DNA of 64,000 bases from positions 6,813 through 70,812 of the forward strand of contig CAMXIK010000018.1 of the NCBI GenBank assembly GCA_947243855.1. Direction: 5' to 3'. Made by a program: the position numbers and the translations under genes. This DNA comes from an uncultured Lachnospiraceae bacterium (GTDB taxonomy: Bacteria > Bacillota > Clostridia > Lachnospirales > Lachnospiraceae). The notes beneath the pieces were generated by a model. It saw nothing but the letters and a program-made list of their open reading frames with translations. It did not search any database and had not been told where the DNA came from. This document shows, piece by piece, positions 29,144-37,638 of the stretch; position 1 is the first letter of the stretch; each line of letters opens with the position of its first letter.

Positions 29144-30019
29144 ATGGAAATTTTCGTGCGAAATATTAGAAGATTGGCGAGATATTTCTTCTTAGTTTTT
29201 GCGGGTTTCCTTCTAACAGGCTGCGCTGGACGAGCGCAACAGGCGGTTTCTGCATCTGAGGAAGTAAAGAACGCGGAGAGCTATGAAACGGAAAGTTCTG
29301 AAGATGTGGAAATGAAATCGGAAAATATGAAGGAAGAGGTAATTGCCGAGTTTGTTTGTAAAAGACTGCAGGCAGTCGATTTCACAATAAAAGAATATCC
29401 GATTGACAAAGAGATATATACGGAGGAGCTGGACAGGGAATATAAGAGGGCTTTTTCGCAGGTTTTAAATAATCAGATACCAATACAATATGAATATGGA
29501 GAGGAAGCCTATTTTATAGAAATTTGGGCAGAGTCAAAAAGAAGTTACTATGAGAAGATCAAAGAAAATTTTTTATATTATTATCTTGATTTTGATGGAG
29601 ATGGGCTTCCAGAATTGGTTATAAAATCGCCGGGAGATGTAAACTTTGGAGGGCCTCGGATATTGAAGTACAATGCCGACAATTCAAAAGTGTATAATTT
29701 TGGAGAGCATTGGCGATTTCCGAAGTTAGAATTGTTATGTTCTGGTAAGTTGTACTGTGAAGATGGAACAGGGGCCGGAGGGATCAGATATGAATATCAA
29801 GAAATAGATTCATTGGGTAAGATAGTCATTGATGTAGGATTATATCACTGGTATGGCTTGGAAAAAGATTCATATGAGATATCGATTGATGGGTTTGAAA
29901 ATGTGGAAGTTGATAAGGAAAGTTGGGATAGTGTAACGAAAGATTTTTTTGAGGCCAAAGATAATGCAGTTAAAGGCATCACATATGATGAGCTGTTCAG
30001 TGATATGGAACATCCATGA
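29144..30019 (+). CDS. Lipoprotein, paralogue B
   Basis: Same signal peptide and lipobox as paralogue A; DFDGDGLPEL motif. Confidence 0.85.
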   Translation: MEIFVRNIRRLARYFFLVFAGFLLTGCAGRAQQAVSASEEVKNAESYETESSEDVEMKSENMKEEVIAEFVCKRLQAVDFTIKEYPIDKEIYTEELDREYKRAFSQVLNNQIPIQYEYGEEAYFIEIWAESKRSYYEKIKENFLYYYLDFDGDGLPELVIKSPGDVNFGGPRILKYNADNSKVYNFGEHWRFPKLELLCSGKLYCEDGTGAGGIRYEYQEIDSLGKIVIDVGLYHWYGLEKDSYEISIDGFENVEVDKESWDSVTKDFFEAKDNAVKGITYDELFSDMEHP

Positions 30020-30073
30020 ACATTAATTAACAAACGTTTTTAAGAGAAAAAAATGGAAAAAAGGAGAAAGCAG

Positions 30074-30961
30074 ATGGCAGTACCAAAATATTTTGAAATG
30101 TATCAATCGTTTCTGCGGGGATTAGAAGATGGAGAAGAGCATCCCTATATAGATGTGAAAAAACAGATTATTCATGATTTTAATCTCTCTGATCGTGATA
30201 TTGCAGAGCTTTTGCCCAGTGAAAGACAGACTGTTTTCAGTAACCGTGTCGGCTGGTGCAGAACCTATTTAAAAAAGGCTGGCTTGATAGAAAGTCCGTC
30301 AAGAGCGCATTTTGTGATCACGGCGGATGGAAAACGGATCTTAAATACGGTTCCAGTCATAACGAATGATACGCTCAAAACGTTTCCCTCGTTTATGGAA
30401 TTTATCAATGGCACGGCCGATGGCAGGCAGGAGACAGTTACGACAGATAACAGCGATGAAACGCCGCAGGAAACGTTGGAACGTGTACATAGCGAACTAA
30501 ATAAAGTCCTGAAAGATGAACTGCTTACAAGGATTCATCAGAACACACCGGATTTTTTTGAAAGACTGGTAGTGGAATTGATGGAGAAAATGGGATATGG
30601 AAGAGGAGAAGTGACGCAGAGAAGCAGGGACGAAGGGATCGACGGCATTGTATATCAGGACAAGCTGGGGTTTGACGTCATCTATGTTCAGGCGAAGCGG
30701 TATGAAGTGGACAAGACGGTAGGAAGACCTGAATTACAGAAGTTTGGAGGCGCAATTCCGGAAAAGAATGCAAAAGGGTTATTTGTTACAACAGCAAGGT
30801 TTTCATCGGATGCGAAACAGTATGCGGAGGAAAGGCATATCATACTGATTGACGGACAGAAACTGGCACAGCTTATGATCGAACATGATTTTGGAGTAAG
30901 TACCGAGTATGTATATAAGGTGAAAAAGATAGACAGCGATCTTTTTGAGGATGAAGAATAG
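30074..30961 (+). CDS. mrr: Mrr-family type IV restriction endonuclease
   Basis: Mrr N-terminal domain (FSNRVGWCRTYLKKAGL); DEGIDGIV...YVQAKRY...LQKFGGA...GLFVTT. Confidence 0.92.
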   Translation: MAVPKYFEMYQSFLRGLEDGEEHPYIDVKKQIIHDFNLSDRDIAELLPSERQTVFSNRVGWCRTYLKKAGLIESPSRAHFVITADGKRILNTVPVITNDTLKTFPSFMEFINGTADGRQETVTTDNSDETPQETLERVHSELNKVLKDELLTRIHQNTPDFFERLVVELMEKMGYGRGEVTQRSRDEGIDGIVYQDKLGFDVIYVQAKRYEVDKTVGRPELQKFGGAIPEKNAKGLFVTTARFSSDAKQYAEERHIILIDGQKLAQLMIEHDFGVSTEYVYKVKKIDSDLFEDEE

Positions 30962-31056
30962 CTTGTGAGGTAAACGTTGACGAAGAAAAAGGGAATTGCA
31001 TTCATCCCCCACTTACAGTAAGATAAAAGAAGCGGGATACAAAGGAGGGACAAGCG

Positions 31057-31611
31057 GTGCTTAATCTACTGCGGCGTTTTTCAACAGAGAAAAAGACGCA
31101 TGGCAGATCGGACGGAAATCAATATGGGCATGGACAGTGGGATAAACTTACGGGCGCGGCGGACAAGCACGCGTTTCAAAAGAGCGTGGAGCGTGCATTG
31201 ACAGGCGAGTATGCGCACGGCTGCCTTCTTTTGGTAGATGTAGACTGTATGAAGGAGATTAATGAGAACTTTGGCAGGGAGACAGGCGACCGCGTCTTGC
31301 AAAAGGTTTTTAGCACGCTGCAGGAAAATTTCAGGGGCGAAGACGGTATCGGCAGATTGGGGGAGGATTCTTTCGGGATTTGGATTGAGGGACTTTCCGC
31401 CGATCAGGTCAGCGGTATCCGCCGCAGAATTGCAGTCGTGAACGATAAGCTTTTGCACAGTGGAACCGAACTTCCCAAGGTGACCTTAAGCGCCGGTGCG
31501 GCTCTGGGAGAGTCCGGCGAGAGCTATAAAGAGATATACAGGCAGGCGCAGAAGGTGCTTCACCGTGTCAAGGAGGGCGGCCGGTGCGGCTGTGAAGTAT
31601 ACACAAATTAA
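31057..31611 (+). CDS. Stand-alone degenerate GGDEF-domain protein
   Basis: DKLTG, LVDVDCMKEINENFGRETGD; active site reads GEDSF; RxxD (RGED) retained. Confidence 0.8.
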   Translation: MLNLLRRFSTEKKTHGRSDGNQYGHGQWDKLTGAADKHAFQKSVERALTGEYAHGCLLLVDVDCMKEINENFGRETGDRVLQKVFSTLQENFRGEDGIGRLGEDSFGIWIEGLSADQVSGIRRRIAVVNDKLLHSGTELPKVTLSAGAALGESGESYKEIYRQAQKVLHRVKEGGRCGCEVYTN

Positions 31612-31623
31612 AAGGAGAGAGGA

Positions 31624-33030
31624 ATGGGCGGCTTTTTTGGAGTAGCATCAAAGGAAAACTGTATTTTTGATTTGTTTTTTGGGACAGACTATCATTCCCA
31701 TTTGGGAACGAGACGGGCTGGCATGGCGCTGTACGATGAGAAGGAGGGCTTTAACAGGGCAATCCATAATATCGAGAATACGCCGTTTCGCACGAAGTTC
31801 GACAAGGACGTCAATAAGATGAACGGTACGCTGGGGATTGGATGTATTTCAGACTATGAACCCCAGCCGTTGATTATCCGTTCCCATCACGGCACCTACG
31901 CGATCACGACAGTAGGGAAAATTAACAACAAAGACGAGATTATAACGGAAATTTTTCAGCATGGCAAGGGACATTTCCTTGAGATGAGCGGGGGAGACAT
32001 CAACGCTACGGAGCTGGTGGCGGCAGTGATTAACCAGAGGGATAACCTGATCGAGGGGATTCAGTATGCGCAGGAACTGATTGACGGTTCCATGACCATA
32101 CTGGTAATGACGCCCAAGGGTATTTTGGCGGCAAGAGACCGGATGGGACGGACGCCGGTTTCCGTGGGGAAAAAGGAAGATGCGTTCTGCGTGTCCTTTG
32201 AGAGCTTCGCGTATCTGAATCTTGGTTATGTGCCGGAGCGGGAACTCGGGCCGGGGGAGATTGCCATTGTGACCCCGGAAGGGGCGCGGACGCTGGCTGC
32301 GCCGGGCAAGGATATGAAAATCTGCACTTTTTTGTGGATTTATTACGGCTATCCTTCTTCCTCCTACGAGGGAGTGAGTGTGGAGGAGATGCGTTACCGC
32401 TGCGGGGCGATGCTGGCGAAACGTGACGATGTGAAACCGGACATTGTGGCGGGGGTGCCGGATTCGGGCACTGCCCATGCGATCGGCTATGCCAATGAGT
32501 CGGGCATTCCTTTTTCCAGACCGTTTATTAAATATACGCCCACATGGCCGCGTTCTTTTATGCCGACTATACAGAGCAAGCGGGACTTGATTGCCAAGAT
32601 GAAGCTGCTTCCCGTACACGATTTGATTAAGGATAGAAAGCTGCTTCTCATCGACGATTCCATCGTGCGCGGCACACAGCTTGGGGAGACGACGGAGTTT
32701 CTCTATCAGAGCGGCGCGAAAGAGGTGCATATCCGCCCAGCCTGCCCGCCTCTTCTCTACGGTTGTAAATACTTGAATTTTTCACGTTCCACATCGGAGA
32801 TGGAGCTGATTGCCCGCCGGGTGATCAAGGAGATCGAGGGGGAAAATAAATACCCGAATCTGGCGGTGTACGCGGACCCGGACAGCACGGAGTACGGGCA
32901 GATGCTGGAAAAGATCAGGGAAAAACTGAATTTTACCACGCTTCGTTATCATCGTCTGGATGATATGATAGAATCTGTGGGGATCGACAAGTGTAAACTC
33001 TGCACCTATTGCTGGGATGGGAAAGAGTAA
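31624..33030 (+). CDS. purF: Amidophosphoribosyltransferase
   Basis: GVPDSG, LLLIDDSIVRGT, CPP...C and CTYC Fe-S ligands. Confidence 0.92.
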   Translation: MGGFFGVASKENCIFDLFFGTDYHSHLGTRRAGMALYDEKEGFNRAIHNIENTPFRTKFDKDVNKMNGTLGIGCISDYEPQPLIIRSHHGTYAITTVGKINNKDEIITEIFQHGKGHFLEMSGGDINATELVAAVINQRDNLIEGIQYAQELIDGSMTILVMTPKGILAARDRMGRTPVSVGKKEDAFCVSFESFAYLNLGYVPERELGPGEIAIVTPEGARTLAAPGKDMKICTFLWIYYGYPSSSYEGVSVEEMRYRCGAMLAKRDDVKPDIVAGVPDSGTAHAIGYANESGIPFSRPFIKYTPTWPRSFMPTIQSKRDLIAKMKLLPVHDLIKDRKLLLIDDSIVRGTQLGETTEFLYQSGAKEVHIRPACPPLLYGCKYLNFSRSTSEMELIARRVIKEIEGENKYPNLAVYADPDSTEYGQMLEKIREKLNFTTLRYHRLDDMIESVGIDKCKLCTYCWDGKE

Positions 33031-33039
33031 ATTTAGCTG

Positions 33040-33068
33040 TTGACGTTTATATGCCGGCCGATTATAAT
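33040..33068 (+). promoter_or_regulatory. sigmaA promoter for the riboswitch and GDT1 gene
   Basis: TTGACG-17 nt-TATAAT. Confidence 0.75.
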
Positions 33069-33086
33069 GATAAATACATAGAACGG

Positions 33087-33184
33087 ATGAGGGAGTAGTC
33101 GGCGCGGCGAAGGCGGCGCGATATGCCAACATACTGATGGAGGCCATGGCCGATATCTGGTATATCTTAATTGATGAGACTCAT
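33087..33184 (+). ncRNA. yybP-ykoY (Mn2+) riboswitch aptamer
   Basis: P1 ATGAG/CTCAT, GGGAGTAG, CAACATACT loop and GAGAC; upstream of a GDT1/UPF0016 transporter. Confidence 0.85.
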
Positions 33185-33227
33185 GTATAGCGGGAGCGCT
33201 GTGCGTGTGTCTGACAGAGAGCAACAG

Positions 33228-33259
33228 GGGATAGATACCGTATAGTATCTGTCCCTTTT
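33228..33259 (+). terminator. Riboswitch expression-platform terminator
   Basis: GGGATAGATAC/GTATCTGTCCC followed by TTTT. Confidence 0.75.
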
Positions 33260-33261
33260 CT

Positions 33262-33390
33262 TGCGCGCATAAGCAGAGCAGGAAGGCTGACGAAGCAGGC
33301 ATCATGCGGGCATGAATGAATGCTTCGGAAGACTTACGGCGAGCAACGCGAACGAAAGATGCGCAGCATCTTGAGTCTGCTTATCGCGCA
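33262..33390 (+). repeat. MITE/REP-like element with terminal inverted repeats
   Basis: TGCGCGCATAAGCAGA ... TCTGCTTATCGCGCA; partial copy at 6274. Confidence 0.7.
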
Positions 33391-33432
33391 TATGTAGAGC
33401 GGAAATACGAACGAAAAGAGGAGGGATCTGGG

Positions 33433-34140
33433 ATGATGATTTTTCTAACGGTGTTGGCGACAATTTTCATTGCGGAAATGGGGGACAAAACCCAGTTGCT
33501 TTTGGTGGCGATGGCGGGGAAGCACAAAATCTCTCATATTCTGACGGGCACATGGCTGGCTACGGCGGTCTTAAATTTGATGGCTGTCGGTTTGGGAGCG
33601 GCTTTGGGAAGCTTTCTGGATATGAGGATCATTAAGTCGGCGGCTGCCCTTGCTTTTTTCTGGTTTGCCTATAACGCCCTGAAAAGCGATGGCGGGGATG
33701 AAGAAGAGAAGGAAGTAAAGAGTAAATTTGGGCCGGTCATCGGAATTTTCACGGCCTTTTTCATCGGCGAGCTGGGGGATAAGACGCAGCTTTCCGCGAT
33801 TACATTGGCGGCGGCTTACACGAATCACAACATTGCTAACGCATGTTATGTATTCCTTGGCTGTACGTTGGGATTGATTCTGGCGGATTTCCTCGGATTG
33901 GTTGTGGGCGTGGTTTTGAATAGCAGGCTGCCGGCGGGTATTTTAAATAAGCTGTCCTTTTTGATCTTTGCATTTTTCGGGGTGGATAGTCTGCGGATTG
34001 CCCTCGGCCTGATTTTTGGGGAGAATCATCCAGCGGCGTCGGCGCTTCTTGTGATCCTGACGGCGGTGTTTGTACTGTTGTGCGCGGCGCAGATGGTAAA
34101 GAGGCGCACAGCGGACCAGAATAGCGCAAAGAGGAAATAG
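33433..34140 (+). CDS. TMEM165/GDT1 (UPF0016) Mn2+/Ca2+ transporter
   Basis: Two signature motifs, AEMGDKTQL and GELGDKTQL. Confidence 0.92.
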   Translation: MMIFLTVLATIFIAEMGDKTQLLLVAMAGKHKISHILTGTWLATAVLNLMAVGLGAALGSFLDMRIIKSAAALAFFWFAYNALKSDGGDEEEKEVKSKFGPVIGIFTAFFIGELGDKTQLSAITLAAAYTNHNIANACYVFLGCTLGLILADFLGLVVGVVLNSRLPAGILNKLSFLIFAFFGVDSLRIALGLIFGENHPAASALLVILTAVFVLLCAAQMVKRRTADQNSAKRK

Positions 34141-34205
34141 GGATAGGAATTTTGCAGTATTTCTGTTAAAATGGTATGAGATAAAAACAGGAGGAATCCG
34201 CTAGT

Positions 34206-35189
34206 ATGTTATTTAAATGTAAAAATTGCGGCGGCAATACGGTGTATTCGCCGGAAAAGGGCAGAATGTATTGTCCCCATTGTGAGAGTACGGACAGCGG
34301 GCAGAAAATCGGGGACAATTCCCTGACGCAGTGCACAAACTGCGGCGCGCCCCTGCAGCTTTCAGAGTATACTTCCGCTTGCAGATGCGAGCATTGCGGT
34401 ACCTATTTGATTTTTGACGAACGGGTGAGCGCGCCCTATGAGCCTCGTATGATTCTGCCCTTTCATGTGGGCAGAAAAATGGCGGCGGAACAGTTGGAGC
34501 GGGAATTTTCCAACCGTCTCTTTGCTCCCGCAGATTTTATGTCGGCCAAAAGTCTTGAGAAAATGGAAGGAATTTACGTGCCTTTCTGGCTCTACAACTA
34601 TGACGTGAACTATGATTTTGCAGGGGAGGGGACAAGAATCCGGACATGGAGAAGCGGGGATACGGAGTATACGGAAACTTCTTATTATGAAGTGATCCGT
34701 AAAATGGATGCGGATTTTGAACGGGTTCCAGTAGACGCTTCCTATGTGATGGCGGACGGCATCATGGATCTGATGGAGCCATATGACTATCAGGAACTCA
34801 CGGATTTTGGGCCGGAATATATGTCCGGTTTTCTCAGCGAAAGATATAACCAGCAGGCGGATGAGCTGGCGGTTCGGGCGGAGAGTAAAGTAAAGGACGC
34901 CTCGGAGAATCTGATGCAGGGCTCGCTGTCCGGTTACGCTTCGATACGTCCGTATCATAGGAATTTGAATCTACATAAGAAAAACGACTGTTATGTATTG
35001 ATGCCAGTGTGGCAGTATGTTTACCGCTACAAGGATCAGACTTATCTGTACCATGTCAACGGACAGACAGGGAAGGTAGTCGGCGTGACGCCTGTTTCCA
35101 AGGCAAAGGTGGCCGCTTACGGCGTATCGGTGTTCGCCATGGTGACGATGATCTGCGGCTTGTTGATGCATGTGCTTGAGATTTTATAA
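34206..35189 (+). CDS. Zinc-ribbon membrane-anchored protein
   Basis: CKNCGG, CPHC, CTNCGA, CEHCG; YVPFWLY; VNGQTGKV; C-terminal TM. Confidence 0.8.
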   Translation: MLFKCKNCGGNTVYSPEKGRMYCPHCESTDSGQKIGDNSLTQCTNCGAPLQLSEYTSACRCEHCGTYLIFDERVSAPYEPRMILPFHVGRKMAAEQLEREFSNRLFAPADFMSAKSLEKMEGIYVPFWLYNYDVNYDFAGEGTRIRTWRSGDTEYTETSYYEVIRKMDADFERVPVDASYVMADGIMDLMEPYDYQELTDFGPEYMSGFLSERYNQQADELAVRAESKVKDASENLMQGSLSGYASIRPYHRNLNLHKKNDCYVLMPVWQYVYRYKDQTYLYHVNGQTGKVVGVTPVSKAKVAAYGVSVFAMVTMICGLLMHVLEIL

Positions 35190-35205
35190 AGGGGAAAGAG
35201 GGACA

Positions 35206-36081
35206 GTGAAAGAATATTTTCGTTATTTTAAATGGATTTATATCATACTGGCGGCGGTGGCGGTTCTCACCATAGGGCTTCATGCAGGGCACTGGGGCTT
35301 GGCGAAGATGGCGGATTACCAGAGGACAAACGGGTCGTGTGCGACAGAAGAGAGGGTCTTTGATTATGCGGGCGTGCTCTCCGACAAGGAGGAGAACAAG
35401 CTGCGGAAGCTGATTGCCAAACGGGAAAAGCAGACGGGCTGCGATATTGTGCTGGTCACGCTGGATGAGCCTTTGGAGGAATACGCGAGAGCCATCGAGC
35501 CAAACGTGGTTTCCAGCGAGTTCGTGAGAGTATATGCGGAGCGGCAGTGGGAAGAACTGGGATTTGGCTACGACAAGCCGGACGGGGACGGCGTGATGTT
35601 GGTGGACAACTGGTCTAGAGAGGATGACGGCAGGATACATACATGGTTTTGCACCACCGGCAGGGCGTTTGATGCCTACTATACCGATGATATCGATCAT
35701 CTTCTGGACAATGTATACCGTTATGTGGAAGACGATCCGTACCGGGCCTACAAGACCTATGTTAACGACTTTTATCACGATATGATGGGATGGCGGCTGT
35801 TTCATCTGAATTTGCCGGGATTTCTCCCTTGGCTGATTGGATTTGTAACATGTGTTATCTTTATGTTCCTGAATTGGAGCTCCAAGGAGGGAAAGAAGAC
35901 CACCACGGCGACCACCTATGTGGCTGGCAGACAGCCGGACTTCCGTGTGTCAGAGGACAGATTTTTGAGAAAGACCGTGACAAAGCATAAGATTCAGACG
36001 AGCAGCAGCGGCGGTCATGGCGGAGGCCACAGCCACGGAGGCGGCGGGGGTCATCACGGAGGCGGAGGCCACAGCAGATAA
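35206..36081 (+). CDS. TPM-domain membrane protein with Gly/His-rich tail
   Basis: VFDYAGVLS...DIVLVT; SGGHGGGHSHGGGGGHHGGGGHS tail. Confidence 0.85.
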   Translation: MKEYFRYFKWIYIILAAVAVLTIGLHAGHWGLAKMADYQRTNGSCATEERVFDYAGVLSDKEENKLRKLIAKREKQTGCDIVLVTLDEPLEEYARAIEPNVVSSEFVRVYAERQWEELGFGYDKPDGDGVMLVDNWSREDDGRIHTWFCTTGRAFDAYYTDDIDHLLDNVYRYVEDDPYRAYKTYVNDFYHDMMGWRLFHLNLPGFLPWLIGFVTCVIFMFLNWSSKEGKKTTTATTYVAGRQPDFRVSEDRFLRKTVTKHKIQTSSSGGHGGGHSHGGGGGHHGGGGHSR

Positions 36082-36094
36082 GCGATTGAGCGTG

Positions 36095-36127
36095 AAAAAA
36101 AGCGGGTGCAGATGCACCCGCTCTTTT
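36095..36127. terminator. Bidirectional terminator between the TPM gene and rpsT
   Basis: A7-AGCGGGTGCA/TGCACCCGCT-CTTTT. Confidence 0.8.
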
Positions 36128-36164
36128 GTACGTTATATTTGTTCCGTGATACCGACCGGAATCC

Positions 36165-36428
36165 TTACGCCATCTTGTTTACGGCAAGAGTCATACGGGA
36201 AACCTTTCTGGCAGAGGTGTTTTTGTGATAAACCCCCTTCTTGGTTGCCTTATCAAGCGCAGAGGTAGCGGCGAGCAGAGCGCTCTGTGCAGCCTCCTTA
36301 TCCTTTGCTTCGATGGCAGCGTACACCTTCTTGATCGCTGTCTTAACGCTGGACTTGATCGACTTGTTTCTGTCAGCTTTGGTTCTGTTTACCAAAATTC
36401 TCTTTTTTGCAGATTTGATATTAGCCAT
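36165..36428 (-). CDS. rpsT: 30S ribosomal protein S20
   Basis: MANIKSAKKR...KGVYHKNTSARKVSR. Confidence 0.97.
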   Translation of the reverse strand: MANIKSAKKRILVNRTKADRNKSIKSSVKTAIKKVYAAIEAKDKEAAQSALLAATSALDKATKKGVYHKNTSARKVSRMTLAVNKMA

Positions 36429-36541
36429 AACTTCCTCCATTCAAAATATTGACTTGTTACTATATTTCTTATAAGGACGTGTCTCATTAAAGCCGGACAC
36501 GGACGTTTTAATGGAAACACATATAGAAACACACGCATATT

Positions 36542-36570
36542 ATTTTAGAATATGGAAATGGGGATGTCAA
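36542..36570 (-). promoter_or_regulatory. rpsT sigmaA promoter
   Basis: TTGACA-17 nt-TAAAAT. Confidence 0.8.
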
Positions 36571-36757
36571 TACATATTTTGTTTATTTTTGCAAAAAATA
36601 GAAAAGAAAATGGGCAGGCGGAAGAAAGACGCATAAAATATAGTATGCAAGCGTCCGATGGAATCGGACATGGAGCGCTGAAAGTGCGGGCTTGCGAGTT
36701 AAGAGGATATAGTATTCGTTGCAGGCTTGCGGCTTGTGGAAAGGAATGGATATTGGT

Positions 36758-37624
36758 ATGGATAGCTGGTCAAATGTCAGGACGGACTTGGCGTTGGAAG
36801 CCAGAGAAAGCGTTGGGGAAAATGAGTCCGGGCTTCATGGCGTTGCGGTGGAAGAGCGCTATGATGAGGAAAGCGACGTGCATATTACGCGGGTGGTGAT
36901 CGAGACGAAAAACGGGGCCAAGGCTCTCGGAAAACCAATGGGCGTCTATGTCACGCTGGAGGCTCCCGCCATGACGGAACCGGAGGAAGATTATCATCAG
37001 GAAATTTCTGGGATTTTGGCCGAGGAAATCAGAGGCATTCTGGCAAATCCGGATAAGGAGCAGTCTATTTTGGTGGTGGGACTGGGAAACCGCGAGGTGA
37101 CGGCGGATTCTTTGGGGCCTAACGTGGTGGATAATCTCTTTGTCAATAGACATATTGTGATGGAGTACGGAAAGGTAGCCTATAACAGGACGAAGATGCA
37201 TTTGGTGAGCAGTCTGGTACCGGGGGTTATGGCGAAGACGGGGATGGAGTCTGCGGAGATCATCAAGGGGGTAATCGCAGAGACAAAGCCTGATCAGTTA
37301 ATTGTGATCGACGCGTTGGCGGCCCGCTCTACCAAGCGCTTGAACCGTACCATTCAGATTACAAACACGGGGATTCATCCCGGTTCCGGCGTGGGCAACC
37401 ACAGAAACGCCATTACGGAGGAGACGCTGCACATTCCGGTGCTGGCGCTGGGCGTGCCGACGGTGGTGGACGCGGCGACCATTGTGGGCGACGCCATGGG
37501 CGAGCGTCCGGCGACCTTAAAAGAATTAAATAATATGTATGTCACAACCAAGGATGTGGATCAGCAGATCCGCCAGATCAGCCACATTATCTGCGATGGG
37601 ATAAACGGCGCTCTGAATATCTGA
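36758..37624 (+). CDS. gpr: Germination protease GPR
   Basis: RTDLALEA, VVGLGN...DSLGP, PGVMAKTG, IDALAAR, GVPTVV; start codon approximate. Confidence 0.93.
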   Translation: MDSWSNVRTDLALEARESVGENESGLHGVAVEERYDEESDVHITRVVIETKNGAKALGKPMGVYVTLEAPAMTEPEEDYHQEISGILAEEIRGILANPDKEQSILVVGLGNREVTADSLGPNVVDNLFVNRHIVMEYGKVAYNRTKMHLVSSLVPGVMAKTGMESAEIIKGVIAETKPDQLIVIDALAARSTKRLNRTIQITNTGIHPGSGVGNHRNAITEETLHIPVLALGVPTVVDAATIVGDAMGERPATLKELNNMYVTTKDVDQQIRQISHIICDGINGALNI

Positions 37625-37638
37625 GAAGAAGAGATGGC

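Larger units (their letters stand above)
14290..30961. mobile_element. Degenerate defence island at the 3' end of rlmD; right boundary uncertain
   Basis: Abrupt shift to AT-rich DNA at the rlmD tail; R-M, TIR, YhcG and Mrr genes plus many pseudogenes; no recombinase visible. Confidence 0.7.

Noticed and set aside
30961-31056. Right att site of the rlmD island
   Set aside because: No copy of the rlmD 3' end or matching repeat found; the boundary is inferred only from gene content and base composition
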